Shown here one piece after another: positions 52,427 to 62,292 of a DNA stretch of 64,000 nt (position 1 is the first letter of the stretch; each line of letters starts with the position of its first letter). Origin of the DNA: an uncultured Chloroflexia bacterium (GTDB lineage: Bacteria > Chloroflexota > Limnocylindria > Limnocylindrales > CSP1-4); assembly GCA_963760625.1 (NCBI GenBank), contig CAVXDU010000015.1:17707-81706 (forward strand), written 5' to 3'. The notes beneath the pieces are model-generated. The model was not told the DNA's origin. It saw nothing but the letters and a program-made list of their open reading frames with translations, and ran no database searches. A program made the translations under genes and the position numbers.

Positions 52427-55344
52427 GTGCCCCGGCTCATGCTGCTCGACGCGCACAGCCTCATCTATCGCGCGTACTTCGCGCTCATCGAGACGCCGCT
52501 GTCGACCAGCAAGGGTCAGCTGGTCAATGCCGCGTTCGGGTTCTGGAGCATCGTGCTGCGCGGCTTCCAGGACGCCCAGCCCGACCACGTCATCTGCTGC
52601 TTCGATGTCGGTCGGCCGAAGCGGGCCGACATGTACGGCGCCTACAAGGGCACCCGCCGACCGACCCCGGACGACCTGCGGGAGCAGTTCCCCATCGTGC
52701 GCGAGACCCTCGCCGCGTTCCGGATCCCCGATCTTCGACCTGGACGGCTACGAGGCGGACGACCTCATCGGCACGCTCAGCCTCCAGGCGCAGGACCAGG
52801 GCATCGAGACGGTCATCGTGTCGGGCGACCTGGACATGCTCCAGCTGGTGTCGGACCACACCCAGCTGATGTTCACGCGCATGGGCGCGGGCGGCACGAT
52901 CATGTACGACCCGGCGCGCATCCACGAGCGGTACGGCCTGACGCCCCGCCAGATGATCGACTTCAAGGCGCTCAAGGGCGACACGACCGACAACATCCCG
53001 GGGCTTGCCGGGCGTCGGCGACAAGACCGCGGCCAAGCTGCTCGAGGACTACGGCTCGCTCGATGGCGTGTTCGAGCACGTGGACGAGGTCAAGCCGGAC
53101 AAGCTGCGCGACAAGCTCGTCGCGAACAGGGACGACGTGCTGCTGTGGCGCGACCTGGTGACCATCGACCGGCACGCGCCCGGTCGAGCTGGACATGGAG
53201 GCCGCGAAGCTCGGCCAGTACGACCGCGCCGAGGTCATCCGGCTGTTCCGGGAGTACGAGTTCCGGACGCTCGTGGAGCGGCTGCCGGCGATGGACGGCG
53301 AGGAGGCGCGTGGCGCCGGGCGACCTGCTGCGGGAGGCGGACCGGCTCGGGCCGGTGCCGGCGGCGCAGGTCGCCGGACGGGCGCCGTCGGACCGGGGCG
53401 GCCGTCGCGGGTGAGGGGAGCGGGCTGCAGCTGAGCCTCGACTTCGATGCGCGCCGGTGGGCGGCGCCACCCAGCGCGGTCGCCGCGGCCGAGCCGCGTC
53501 CGAGCGGCCGGCCGCATCGACGGTCGACCTCGAGCGACCCGGTGGAGCTGCTGCGGGCCGTGCTCGCCGATCCGGGCATCGTGGCCGCGTGGGCGCCCGG
53601 CGACGACCTCGCGGCGTGGCTCGCGGCCCAGTCGGAGCTGACCGTCGGCGCGGCGTTCGACGACGTGCGACCGCGCCGGGGCACGCTGCTCGGCCTCGCG
53701 GTCCGGGGCACGGACGGCCGGGTCGTCGCGGCCGGCACGGAGGACGCGCCGGCGCTCGCGGAGGCCGTGATGGCCGCCGGCAAGCCGCTGTCCGGCCACG
53801 ACGTCAAGCCGTTGCTGGTGTGGGAGCTGTCGCGCCGCGACCCGACCGCCGCCACGAGCCTGAGCCGGAGCGGCGGCTCGCTGCCGCGGGTGGTCTTCGA
53901 CACCCAGATCGCGGCCTACATCCTGAACGCGGCCCTGCGCTCCCAGTCGCTCGCGGACATCAGCGCCGAGCGCCTGGACATCGAGCTGCCGCGCGCCGGG
54001 CGAGCTGCGCGGCCCGGAGCAGGCGGCCGTGACCGTGCTCGCCGCCGCGGCCGCGCGCGAGTCGCTCGGCCGCGATCGCTGGCCGACGAGCCTGGGCTCC
54101 AGCGCGTGCTGGACGAGCTGGAGCTGCCGCTCATCCCGGTGCTCGCGGACATGGAGGCGACCGGGCGTCGCCATCGATGTGCCCGGCCTGGGCGAGCTCG
54201 CCCGGACGTTCACGCTCGGAGATCGCCCGGCTCCAGGAGACGATCTTCGAGTCGGTCGGCCACCAGTTCAACCTGGGCAGCCCCAAGCAGCTGGAGCAGG
54301 TGCTGTTCTACGAGCTGGACCTGCCCCGCGGCAAGCGGACCAAGACCGGCTACTCCACCGATGCGTCGGTGCTGGAGGAGCTGCGCGCCGCGCACCCGAT
54401 GATCCCGGCGCTGCTCGACTGGCGGCTGTACACCAAGCTCAAGTCGACCTACATCGATGCGCTGCCGCTGCTGCTCGACCCGAGCCACGCATCGGCTGCA
54501 CACCACCTTCCAGCAGGCGGTGGCGGCGACCGGGCGGCTGTCGTCGGTCGACCCGAACCTCCAGAACATCCCCATCCGGACCGAGCTGGGCCGCAAGATC
54601 CGGCACGCGTTCGTGTCCGGTGACCCCGACCGCGTGCTGCTGGCCGCGGACTACAGCCAGATCGAGCTGCGCATCCTGGCCCACGTGTCGGGCGACGTGC
54701 ATCTCAAGGAGGCGTTCGAGCGACGCGCCGACATCCATCGCGAGACCGCGGCCCGGGTGCTCAAGAAGGACCCGGCGGACGTGACCGGGCGACGAGCGCT
54801 CGATGGCCAAGATGGTCAACTTCGGGCTGGCCTACGGCATGAGCGACTTCGGCCTGGCCAGCCGGGCGGGCATCCCGCGGGGCGAGGCGCAGGACTTCAT
54901 CGCGAGCTACTTCGCGGCCTACAGCGGCATCAGCTACTACATGCTGCACATCCGCGAGACCGCCAAGCAGAAGGGCTACGTCGAGACGCTGCTGGGTCGC
55001 CGCCGCTGGATCCCGGAGCTGGAGGCACGCAACGCGTCGCTGCGCGGGGCGGGGGAGCGGATGGCCATCAACATGCCCATCCAGGGGACCGCGGCGGACA
55101 TCATGAAGATCGCCATGATCCGGCTCCACGAGCGTCTGCGGCAGCGAGGGTTCGCCGGCGCGGATGCTGCTGTCGGTGCACGACGAGGTGGTCCTGGAGG
55201 TGCCCCGCGTCGCTGGTCGCGGACCTCGCGCCGGTCGTGCGCGAGACGATGGAGACGGCGCTCAAGCTGGACGTGCCGCTGGACGTCGACGTCAAGGTCG
55301 GCGACGACTGGGAGTCGATGACGGTGCTGCCCCGGACGGGCTGA
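52427..55344 (+). CDS. polA: DNA polymerase I (multiple frameshifts)
   Basis: 5' nuclease LMLLDAHSLIYRAYFAL...YKGTR, GDLDMLQLV, DNIPG.PGVGDKTAAKLL. Polymerase domain LELPLIPVLADME, DPNLQNIPIRTELGRKIR, ADYSQIELRILAH, DIHRETA, AKMVNFGLAYGMS, INMPIQGTAADIMK, SVHDEVVLE. Confidence 0.95.
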
Positions 55345-55476
55345 CGCGACGGGCTGAGGCCGCGTCCACGGTGGCGCGAGTCGGCACGGATCTGCCGGCA
55401 TGGCTCGGATGGCACACTTCCGGGCGCGCGACCCGGGACGGACGTCGGGGCGCAGCACAAGGGGGTTCGCGGTCGC

Positions 55477-55985
55477 ATGTCGGGCCAGGTCAGGGCGTGC
55501 TTCGTCGTGCTTGTCGGTGCGATGGTCCTGGGTTGCGCGAGCCCCAGATCGGCGGCGACCCCGGCACCGCACCGGCACCCGCGGCGCCGACTGCGACCCC
55601 GGCACCGACCGCGACCCCGGCACCCACCGTGAGCGCGGTGCCGAGCCGAGGCAACCGACAGCCCCGAGCCCGGTTCCCAGCGCAGCCGCAAGCGCCGGCG
55701 CCACTCGGCGCCGTGGCAGTCGTCTCCGTCGAGGCGCGTGACCTGTCGTTCACGCCGAAGCAGCTGGAGGCGCCAGCGGGCCAGCCGTTCGAGCTCAGGA
55801 TGCACAACGCCGGCGTCATCGTGCACAACGTGACCATCGATTCGCTCGGGGTCCAGCTCGTGGTCTCGCCGGGGCAGACGGGCTCCACGCTCGTCGAGGG
55901 ACTGGCGCCCGGTACCTATCCCTTCTACTGCTCCGTCTCGGGGCATCGCACCGCGGGCATGTCTGGCGACCTCACCGTGCGATAG
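55477..55985 (+). CDS. Cupredoxin (plastocyanin/azurin-like) copper-binding lipoprotein (one frameshift)
   Basis: Lipobox VLVGAMVLGCAS, a TATPAP linker, then type-1 Cu ligands VHNVTI ... YPFYCSVSGHRTAGMSG. Confidence 0.75.
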
Positions 55986-56046
55986 CGGAAGGGCCGGGCG
56001 TTCCCGCCCGGCCCTCCAGGTCGACCGATGACCGCGCCCGGCGATG

Positions 56047-57282
56047 TCACGATCGCCGGGCGCCGAGCTCAGCTCGCCGGGCGTGTAGCTCGCGATGCCG
56101 CCACCACCCTGGCAGACCGCGCAGGTGCTGACGTAGACGGTGCCGTCCGCGCCCACCGCGACGCCACCAGGCATCGGCAGACGCGTCCGTGATGAGCTCC
56201 GGCGGTGCCGCCGCCAGCCGGGACCTTCCACAGGCCGCCCATGGGCAGGCCCTCGGCGCCCGAGGCGAGGCCCTCGTGGCTGATCTCCGCCACGTAGAGC
56301 GTGCCGTCGGGCGCGAACGCCACGCCGATGACGTTGGTGAAGCCCGTCGCGTAGACCGTCGGGTCCTGGACCCGGCACGACCTTGAACACCGCTGGCCTC
56401 ACCCTTGGGGAACGGGAAGCCGGTGAGCTGGCCCACGTAGTAGGCGCCGTCCTGGCCGATAGCCACCGAGGTCGGCACCGGATCCATGTTGATCATGGGC
56501 GGCGCGGCGTTGGGGTCCACCGATGCCCCGGGAGCCGGGGACGGGATCATCTGTGGCGGCAGGGGATAGGGCTCGACGAGGAACACGGCCACGACGCTGA
56601 TCGTGCCGTCGCTGTCCACGCTCAGCAGGTCGTTGCCACCGCATCGGCCACGAGCGATCGCGCCGTCCTTGGTGATGGCCAGCCCGTTGATGTTCGAGTC
56701 CGGCGTCGCGTTGTCGGGCTGGTCCTTGTCGGGGTTGTTGGCGACCTCCCAGGCCGCCAGGTCGGCGACGCTCGTGGCCGTGCCGTCGGCGCCCGCCTTG
56801 TAGAGCTGGCCGATGCCTTCCCCACCCGTGATCGTGGCGCGCAGGTCGGCCGCGCCCACCCCGGGCCCGCCGACCGTGATCCAGATCGTGCCGTCGGAGG
56901 CCAGCGCCACACCCGAGGGACCGAGTGTCTCGCCGGTGTCGGTGATGCCCGAGGCCAACCCTTCGACGACCCGTGTCGCGACACCACCCTCGACCTTGCT
57001 GATGGCACCGCTCGGGCCGAAGCACATGTGGCCCAACTCTGGCTGCACGATGCATCCCGCGTCGCCGCCCGAGCCCGACTCGGCGACGTAGATGGTGCCG
57101 TCCGCGGTCACGGTCAGTCCGCGGGGTCCGTTGAGCCCCGCCGTGACCTGCGTCCAGCCTTCCGGCAGCGGGGGCAGCTGCGGCGCTCCGCCCGACGGCC
57201 CCGGTGACTGCGCGGCGGCGGGCGTCGTTGCCGCCGCGAGGGCTGTGATCGCCACGGCCACCATTCGGGCACTCGTTCTCAT
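56047..57282 (-). CDS. Secreted beta-propeller protein (ScyD/ScyE-like / NHL-type repeats; frameshifted, 3' end uncertain)
   Basis: ATG 57282 follows GGAGG. Signal MRTSARMVAVAITALAAATTPAAAQ. GPRGLTVTADGTIYVAESGSGG, GPSGVALASDGTIWITVGG, VAIGQDGAYYVGQLTGFPFP, AFAPDGTLYVAEI, GVAVGADGTVYVST. Confidence 0.65.
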   Translation of the reverse strand: MRTSARMVAVAITALAAATTPAAAQSPGPSGGAPQLPPLPEGWTQVTAGLNGPRGLTVTADGTIYVAESGSGGDAGCIVQPELGHMCFGPSGAISKVEGGVATRVVEGLASGITDTGETLGPSGVALASDGTIWITVGGPGVGAADLRATITGGEGIGQLYKAGADGTATSVADLAAWEVANNPDKDQPDNATPDSNINGLAITKDGAIARGRCGGNDLLSVDSDGTISVVAVFLVEPYPLPPQMIPSPAPGASVDPNAAPPMINMDPVPTSVAIGQDGAYYVGQLTGFPFPKGEASGVQGRAGSRTRRSTRRASPTSSAWRSRPTARSTWRRSATRASPRAPRACPWAACGRSRLAAAPPELITDASADAWWRRGGRGRHRLRQHLRGLPGWWRHRELHARRAELGARRS

Positions 57283-57451
57283 GTGATCCTCCACCTCCGA
57301 TGGTTCGACGCGTCGGTCCACAGCCGACGACGTACGGTGCATCCTATCCCTCGGGGTGACTCCTGAACAGTCATCCAGCCGACACCGGCGCGAGATCGCA
57401 AGGATCCGGCCGCTCCGCGGCTTGTAGTCAGTGAAAGGAGGCACCCACCGA

Positions 57452-57946
57452 GTGCAGATCGCTGACACAGCCCGACGGCGTGCCAACCGCTCGACTTCGA
57501 ACAGGTGCTCGGGGGCCTGTACCCCGCACTGGTCCGTCGCCTCGCCCTCGTCGTCGGTGACGCCGAGGAGGCAAAGGACCTGGCGCAGACGACGTATCTG
57601 CGCGCATTCCAGAGCTGGCACCAGTTCGACGGTCGGGATGCTCGCGCGTGGCTGTACACGATCGGCCTGCGGCTCGCCTTCCGGGAACGCACCGCGGCGG
57701 CAACGATGGCGGACGTTCATCCGGTCGGGTCCCGGACCCGAGCCGTGGCAGCCGGCGCACGACCCGGCGCTCTGGGAGGCGCTCCGGGGGCTGCGCCGGC
57801 AGGAGCGGGCAGCGCTGCTCCTGAACGCGGTCGACGGCTACACGCTCGCCGAGATCGGCGAGATGCTGGGTGTCCCGCCAGGGACCGTCGGGAGCTGGGT
57901 GTCACGAGCACGGGCACGGCTGCGCGAGCAGCTCGGGAAGGAGTAG
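57452..57946 (+). CDS. ECF-subfamily sigma-70 factor (two frameshifts)
   Basis: AAAGGAGG lies 11 nt upstream of GTG 57452. LYPALVRRLALVVGDAEEAKDLAQTTYLRAFQSW..FDGRDARAWLYTIGLRLAF, then ERAALLLNAVDGYTLAEIGEMLGVPPGTVGSWVSRARARLRE. Confidence 0.8.
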   Translation: MQIADTARRRANRSTSNRCSGACTPHWSVASPSSSVTPRRQRTWRRRRICAHSRAGTSSTVGMLARGCTRSACGSPSGNAPRRQRWRTFIRSGPGPEPWQPAHDPALWEALRGLRRQERAALLLNAVDGYTLAEIGEMLGVPPGTVGSWVSRARARLREQLGKE

Positions 57947-57949
57947 GTC

Positions 57950-58420
57950 ATGGACGACCAGGCACTCAACGACAGGCTCCAGGCATTCGAGGCGTCGTGC
58001 CCGTCACGGGCGGTCCGCCGGAGTCTCGACGCCCACGGGTGTCGCGCGAGCACGGACGGCGCTGGTGGCGATCGCGGCGGTCGTGGTGCTGGCGCGGTGG
58101 CGCCACCGCCAGCGGCGTGTTCCAGGCGCAGGGACATGAGGGCGCGTTCAACCCCGGTCAGCCACTCCATTGCAAGGGCGTCGCCGACATGACGCCGCGC
58201 GAGGCCGCCGCATGGCTCGCCGACCATGGCTACGACGACGTGACCTGGCAGATCGAGGACAAGACACCGGGCGTGCCCAAGGGGCAGCAGCGTTCCGAGC
58301 AGTCGACGGTGGCGCCCGCGAAGGGCAAGATCGCGGGCGCGGTGTTCATCACCCGGCACGGAGCTCATCGTGATCGTGGAGACGGGTCAGGGCGCCATCC
58401 GCGCCGACGACTGCCCGTGA
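57950..58420 (+). CDS. Putative membrane-anchored anti-sigma/accessory protein (frameshifted)
   Basis: Starts 4 nt after the sigma gene stop. A TM-like segment ALVAIAAVVVLA appears in an alternate frame. C-terminus ...DMTPREAAAWLADHGYDDVTWQIEDK. No family recognised. Confidence 0.4.
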
Positions 58421-58531
58421 TCGATTCCCGCCAATGAAGCCCCCATGCGCCGGCTAGTGGTTCCCGAACCGGCGACATGGGCCACCTCTGGTGCCTGTCA
58501 GGGCGTTCGGGCGGTCCGTACACTGCTTCAC

Positions 58532-59513
58532 ATGCCCGAGTTGCCCGAAGTCGAGACCATCGCCCGCGAGCTGCGACCACTGGTGCTGGGCGCGACCATC
58601 ACCGGCTTCGAGACCGACTGGCCGAAGGCCATCAAGCATCCCGATCCGGACGCGTTCGCGGCGGGGGTCGCCGGTCGCGAGATCACGGAGGTCTCGCGTC
58701 GGGCCAAGTGGCTGGTGTTCGAGCTGTCGGGCGGCATGGTGCTCGCGGTCCAGGTCAAGATGACCGGGCAGGTGTTCGTACTGCCCTCGGGCACGCCGCG
58801 CGATCGCCACGTGCACCTGGTGTTCACGCTCGACCGATGACCGGGAGCTGCTCATCCGGGACGTGCGCAAGTTCGCCCGGGTGGCGCTGTATCGACGGGA
58901 CGAGGCCGGCCGGGCGCTGGGTGTCGACGACGAGGTCGACGTGTTCGACCAGCTCGGGCCGGAGCCGCTCGATCCGTCGTTCACGCTGCCGGCGTTCCGC
59001 AAGCTCATCCGCGGCCGGCGGGCCAGGTTGAAGCCACTGCTCGTCGACCAGGCGTTCCTGGCCGGGGTTGGCAACATCTACGCGGACGAATCGTTGTGGG
59101 CGTCCAAGCTCCACCCGTTGCGGAGCGCCGCTGGCCTGCGGCCCTCCGACGAGCGCGCGCTGTACACGGAGCTGCGGGCGGTGCTGGCGGAGGGCATCGA
59201 GCGTCGGGGGTCATCCATCGACGACTACACCGCGCCCGAGGGTGACGGGGAGATGCAGGACCACCTCCAGGTCTACCAGCGGACCGGCCAGCCCTGCCTG
59301 CGGTGCGGTCGACCCATCAAGCGCTTCGTGCTCGGCATCCGGGCCACGCATTTCTGCTCCTGGTGCCAGCGATTGCCCAAGGATGAGCAGACGCCCGGTA
59401 ACCTCGCCCTGCTCAAGACGGCACGATCGACGACCGGCCGCCGCGGTACTCGGTGGAGCGAGCTGCCGACGGGCAAGGGCGCCGTCGGGGCGCGGCCGAA
59501 GCCGAAGTCGTAG
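58532..59513 (+). CDS. mutM: Formamidopyrimidine-DNA glycosylase (one inserted base near 58835; C-terminal extension of about 45 aa)
   Basis: MPELPEVETIAREL, RRAKWLVFEL, DVRKF, LLVDQAFLAGVGNIYADESLW, and the zinc finger CLRCGRPIKRFVLGIRATHFCSWCQ. Deleting one c at about 58836 restores LDDDRELLIRDVRKF. Confidence 0.9.
59417..59463 (+). repeat. Direct repeat, left copy (47 bp), inside the mutM 3' tail
   Basis: gacggcacgatcgacgaccggccgccgcggtactcggtggagcgagc. About 42 of 47 positions are identical to 60905-60952 by manual alignment. Confidence 0.8.
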
Positions 59514-59583
59514 TCGAGGCGGGCCGGCACGCTCTCTGGGCAGCGGGCCAGCTCTGCGCTTGGGTCGGCACGCTCCTTGGGCA

Positions 59584-59787
59584 GATCCTGCCGATCATGC
59601 ACCGGTGGGTTCTTCGGCAGGGCAAGCCGGCCGGATGGTCGTGCTGAGGCCGGCTGCGCGACGAGATCCTTGCCAGTCATCCACCGCATGCATGCCAGGC
59701 ACGAAATAGCCGGTGAGTGAGCACCCGGACGTGGGCGAGGTCGCCCGCCTCCTGCCGAATATCCCGGGCATGCATGATCGTCACGAT
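59584..59787 (+). repeat. Mosaic inverted-repeat element, type 2, copy D (204 bp)
   Basis: Left arm GATCCTGCCGATCATGCACCGGTGGGTTCTTCGGCAG. Centre GAGATCCTTGCCAGTCATCCACCGCATGCATGCCAGGCACGAAATAGCCGG. Right arm CTGCCGAATATCCCGGGCATGCATGATCGTCACGATT, an imperfect inverse of the left arm with a perfect terminal GATCATGCA/TGCATGATC. Shares GGGTTCTTCGGCA and AATATCCCG with type 1. Confidence 0.85.
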
Positions 59788-59818
59788 TCGCGCACCAGGG
59801 GTAGCTGGTGTCGCCCTC

Positions 59819-60247
59819 TCAGCGGAGCGGGTCGGTCCAGCGCAGACCCGGGAACCGGCCGAAGTCGGCGTCGTTGGAATACAACTCCGCTTGATGCTCG
59901 ATGGCCAGGGCAGCGATGTGGACATCGGTCGTGTGCTGGCCCGTGGCGCGGCCGTCACGCATCAGTTCATCGAGCAGGTCCAGGTGACGGCTGCCCGGTT
60001 CCAGCACCATCACCTGGGGTCGCGCCAGCCACGAGCGGAGATGCCCGATGGCTTCCGCCGGCGAGAACGGATCCACCACGACCGAGCGACTCGTCATCAA
60101 CCGGACATAGCCAAGCATGACCGCCCACGGCAGGCCGACCGACCGGGATCCCGACAGCACCGATTCGAGCCACGTTCGCGCTCGTACGTGATGGTGCGCG
60201 TCGGTGTTGTAGGCGTAGACCAGGAGGTTGATGTCCGGGACGATCAC
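59819..60247 (-). CDS. vapC: Type II toxin VapC (PIN-domain ribonuclease)
   Basis: Intact 142 aa. MIVPDINLLVYAYN...TTDVHIAALAIEHQAELYSNDADFGRF is typical of PIN domains. It overlaps the vapB stop by 4 nt. Confidence 0.85.
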   Translation of the reverse strand: MIVPDINLLVYAYNTDAHHHVRARTWLESVLSGSRSVGLPWAVMLGYVRLMTSRSVVVDPFSPAEAIGHLRSWLARPQVMVLEPGSRHLDLLDELMRDGRATGQHTTDVHIAALAIEHQAELYSNDADFGRFPGLRWTDPLR

Positions 60248-60531
60248 CGCCGGGTCGACCCGCGCTCCATCTTTCGTTCGAAGGCGTCACTGTCGAGCTC
60301 GTCGTTCAGCTGGTTGAGCCGGAGCACGTCGACGCCGCTCCGAAATCCCGCGGCCTTCGGGGTTACCCGGAACGGGGGCAGGGTGGCGACCGGCTGCTTG
60401 CCGGTCTGCAGTCCCGCGCGGATCGCGTCGTTCACGAGCTGCTTGAAGGGAGCACCGGTCAGCCGAGCTCGTTCGCGAAGCTGGTGTGCGACGTCATCGT
60501 CCAGCGTGAGCGTGGTGCGCATGTGAGGCAT
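60244..60531 (-). CDS. vapB: Type II antitoxin VapB (RHH-type)
   Basis: MPHMRTTLTLDDDVAHQLRERARLTGAPFKQLVNDAIRAGL. It sits directly upstream of, and overlapping, vapC. Confidence 0.75.
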   Translation of the reverse strand: MPHMRTTLTLDDDVAHQLRERARLTGAPFKQLVNDAIRAGLQTGKQPVATLPPFRVTPKAAGFRSGVDVLRLNQLNDELDSDAFERKMERGSTRR

Positions 60532-60532
60532 C

Positions 60533-60565
60533 GTGATGTCTAAGATGGGTGATGTCAAGATGTGT
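60533..60565 (-). promoter_or_regulatory. Candidate vapBC promoter/operator (direct repeats GACATCAC; TTGACA)
   Basis: Minus strand: TTGACATCACccatcttaGACATCACgATG. Two GACATCAC repeats with a 16-bp period abut the start codon. Locally AT-rich. Confidence 0.3.
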
Positions 60566-60647
60566 CGGGCCGCCGGGGAGTGGCGCCGAGCCTGGGGAGC
60601 GGTGCGCGAGCCGGCAGTGCCTTCGGCCCGGCGCGACATCGCAGCGG

Positions 60648-60853
60648 GATCTTGCCGATTATGCACCGGTGGGTTCTTCGGCAGGGCCACCCGTCGGGGT
60701 GGTCGGGGTCGGCGCCGGCTTCGCGACGAGATACTTGCCAGTCAGCCACCTCATGTATGCCTGACACGAAATAGCTGGTTAGAGAGCGCCTGGGCGCGGG
60801 CGCGGTGGCGCGCCTGCTGCCGAATATCCCGGGCATGCATGATCGTCATGATT
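60648..60853 (+). repeat. Mosaic inverted-repeat element, type 2, copy E (206 bp)
   Basis: GATCTTGCCGATTATGCACCGGTGGGTTCTTCGGCAGGGC ... GCGACGAGATACTTGCCAGTCAGCCACCTCATGTATGCCTGACACGAAATAGCTGGT ... CTGCCGAATATCCCGGGCATGCATGATCGTCATGATT. The conserved blocks match copy D; the two internal segments differ. Confidence 0.85.
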
Positions 60854-60904
60854 GCGGAGCCGGCGGTCAGATCCGCGCGCCGACGGCCCGTTTGACGACC
60901 GTCT

Positions 60905-60952
60905 GACGGCCCGATCGACCGACCGGCCGCCGCGGCACTCGCTGGAGTGAGC
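60905..60952 (+). repeat. Direct repeat, right copy (48 bp)
   Basis: gacggcccgatcgaccgaccggccgccgcggcactcgctggagtgagc. Partner of 59417-59463, with one extra c and four substitutions. Confidence 0.8.
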
Positions 60953-61196
60953 CACCCCAGGGTCCAGGCGGGGTCCGCGGCCGCGGCGCCAGGAAGCGCG
61001 TCCGCGCGATCCTCGCAATTCCCTGACATTCCGACGCCTGGGGAGCAGCTAGCCGGTCCACCGCTTGTCGCCCTCGTGGCGGCGACTGCGATCACGCTCG
61101 GTCTCGTCCTCGCGACCTGGCATACCGCCACCCAGGCTCCGGATCGTCCAGCACCCGATTCCCTGGTCCGGCTAAGGCTCACGACGGCGTCGGATC

Positions 61197-61372
61197 GTCA
61201 AAGCTGGGCCCGTTGGGCGGCTCGTTGGGCGGCTCTGGCCCGTTGGGCGGCTCTGGCCCGTTGGGCGGCTCTGGCCCGTTGGGCGGCTCTGGCCCGTTGG
61301 GTGGCTCTGGCCCAGGGGGCGGCTCTGGCCCGTTGGGTGGCTCTGGCCCAGGGGGCGGCTCTGGACCACCGG
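61197..61372. repeat. 18-bp tandem repeat, about 9.5 units (ggcggctctggcccgttg and variants)
   Basis: Reads as GGSGPL or WAALAR on the plus strand and PNGPEP on the minus strand. All three frames are open across the array, so coding status is unresolved. Confidence 0.9.
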
Positions 61373-61473
61373 CCGCCCGGCCGTGCGGGCCGCGCCAGCC
61401 AGGCCGGCCGCACGGGCTCCGGCTACTCCCGCCGCAGGGAAGCCGGGCAACCCGATGTGTCACAATGTGACGC

Positions 61474-61758
61474 ATGACACAGGTGAGCGCGCGGGAGCTG
61501 CGGCACAAGCTGAGTGAGTATCTTGCTCGGGTCGATGCGGGCGAGCGGTTCGAGGTGACATTGCGTGGTCGCCCCGTGGGTCAGTTGGGTCCCGTCGACG
61601 CGTCCGAAGGGACCATCGCCCGTCTGATTCGGGAGGGCAAGGTCACGCCCGCCAAGGTTCCGAACACGACCCCGCTGCCCGAGCCCTATCCCTCGATACC
61701 TGGGCGACCGACCGCGACCGAAGAGTTGCTCGCGGAGCGCCGGAGCGACCCCCGCTGA
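61474..61758 (+). CDS. Type II antitoxin, Phd/YefM family
   Basis: Intact 94 aa. MTQVSARELRHKLSEYLARVDAGERFEVTLRGRPVGQLGP is a typical Phd/YefM N-terminus. Confidence 0.8.
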   Translation: MTQVSARELRHKLSEYLARVDAGERFEVTLRGRPVGQLGPVDASEGTIARLIREGKVTPAKVPNTTPLPEPYPSIPGRPTATEELLAERRSDPR

Positions 61759-62155
61759 AAGCCCTGTACCTGGACTCGTCCGCCTTGGTGAAGTTCGTGC
61801 TTCGCGAGGCGGAAAGCATCGCGCTCGCCGCGGCAGCGACCGACCGCGACGTGTACTCCAGCCGCGTCGCGATGGTGGAGGTAGCCAAGGCCGTCGCACG
61901 ACACGATCATGGGGCAGATCCGGCGGGAGTCCTGGGGCGCGTCTCATGGGTCGAACTCGACGAGGACATCGCGGGCGTCGCGGCCGCAACCGGCGGCCCG
62001 CTCTTCGCGCCCTTGATGCTATCCACGTCGCGTCGGCCCTCCGTGTCGCGCCCGAGATCGAGGCCTTCGTGACATACGACACCCGGCAGGCGGCTGCTGC
62101 GGCGGCCGCGGGCCTGCGCGTCCTGACACCCGACGCCGACGATTCGACGCCGTGA
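61755..62155 (+). CDS. PIN-domain toxin (VapC-like; one frameshift near 62000; unusual CTG at the expected start)
   Basis: (L)KALYLDSSALVKFVLREAES...VAMVEV, then in the next frame LRALDAIHVASAL...FVTYDTRQAAAA. The expected ATGA overlap with the antitoxin stop reads CTGA here. Confidence 0.7.
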
Positions 62156-62292
62156 GCATCCTGCGCCTGGACGCGGTGCGCCGGGAGATCGGCGACTTCG
62201 TCATCCTTGATTCGGTCAGTGGGTCGAGGTAGGTGGCTGAGACAACGAACAGACACACTGCATAGTATGACGCTAGCGGTATACTTCGTAGT

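Noticed and set aside
15553-60853. Repeat elements as integron attC sites / gene cassettes
   Set aside because: The termini do not fit the attC R''/R' cores (RYYYAAC / GTTRRRY). The copies are separated by many kb of housekeeping genes (dnaE, polA). No intI gene is present. Only the vapBC unit looks cassette-like.
60947-61477. ORF 60947..61477 (176 aa, TM helix plus WAALAR repeats) as a real CDS
   Set aside because: Its GTG start lies inside the 48-bp direct repeat. The repeat tract is open in three frames on both strands, and no homolog is recognised. It is reported only as a repeat with unresolved coding status.
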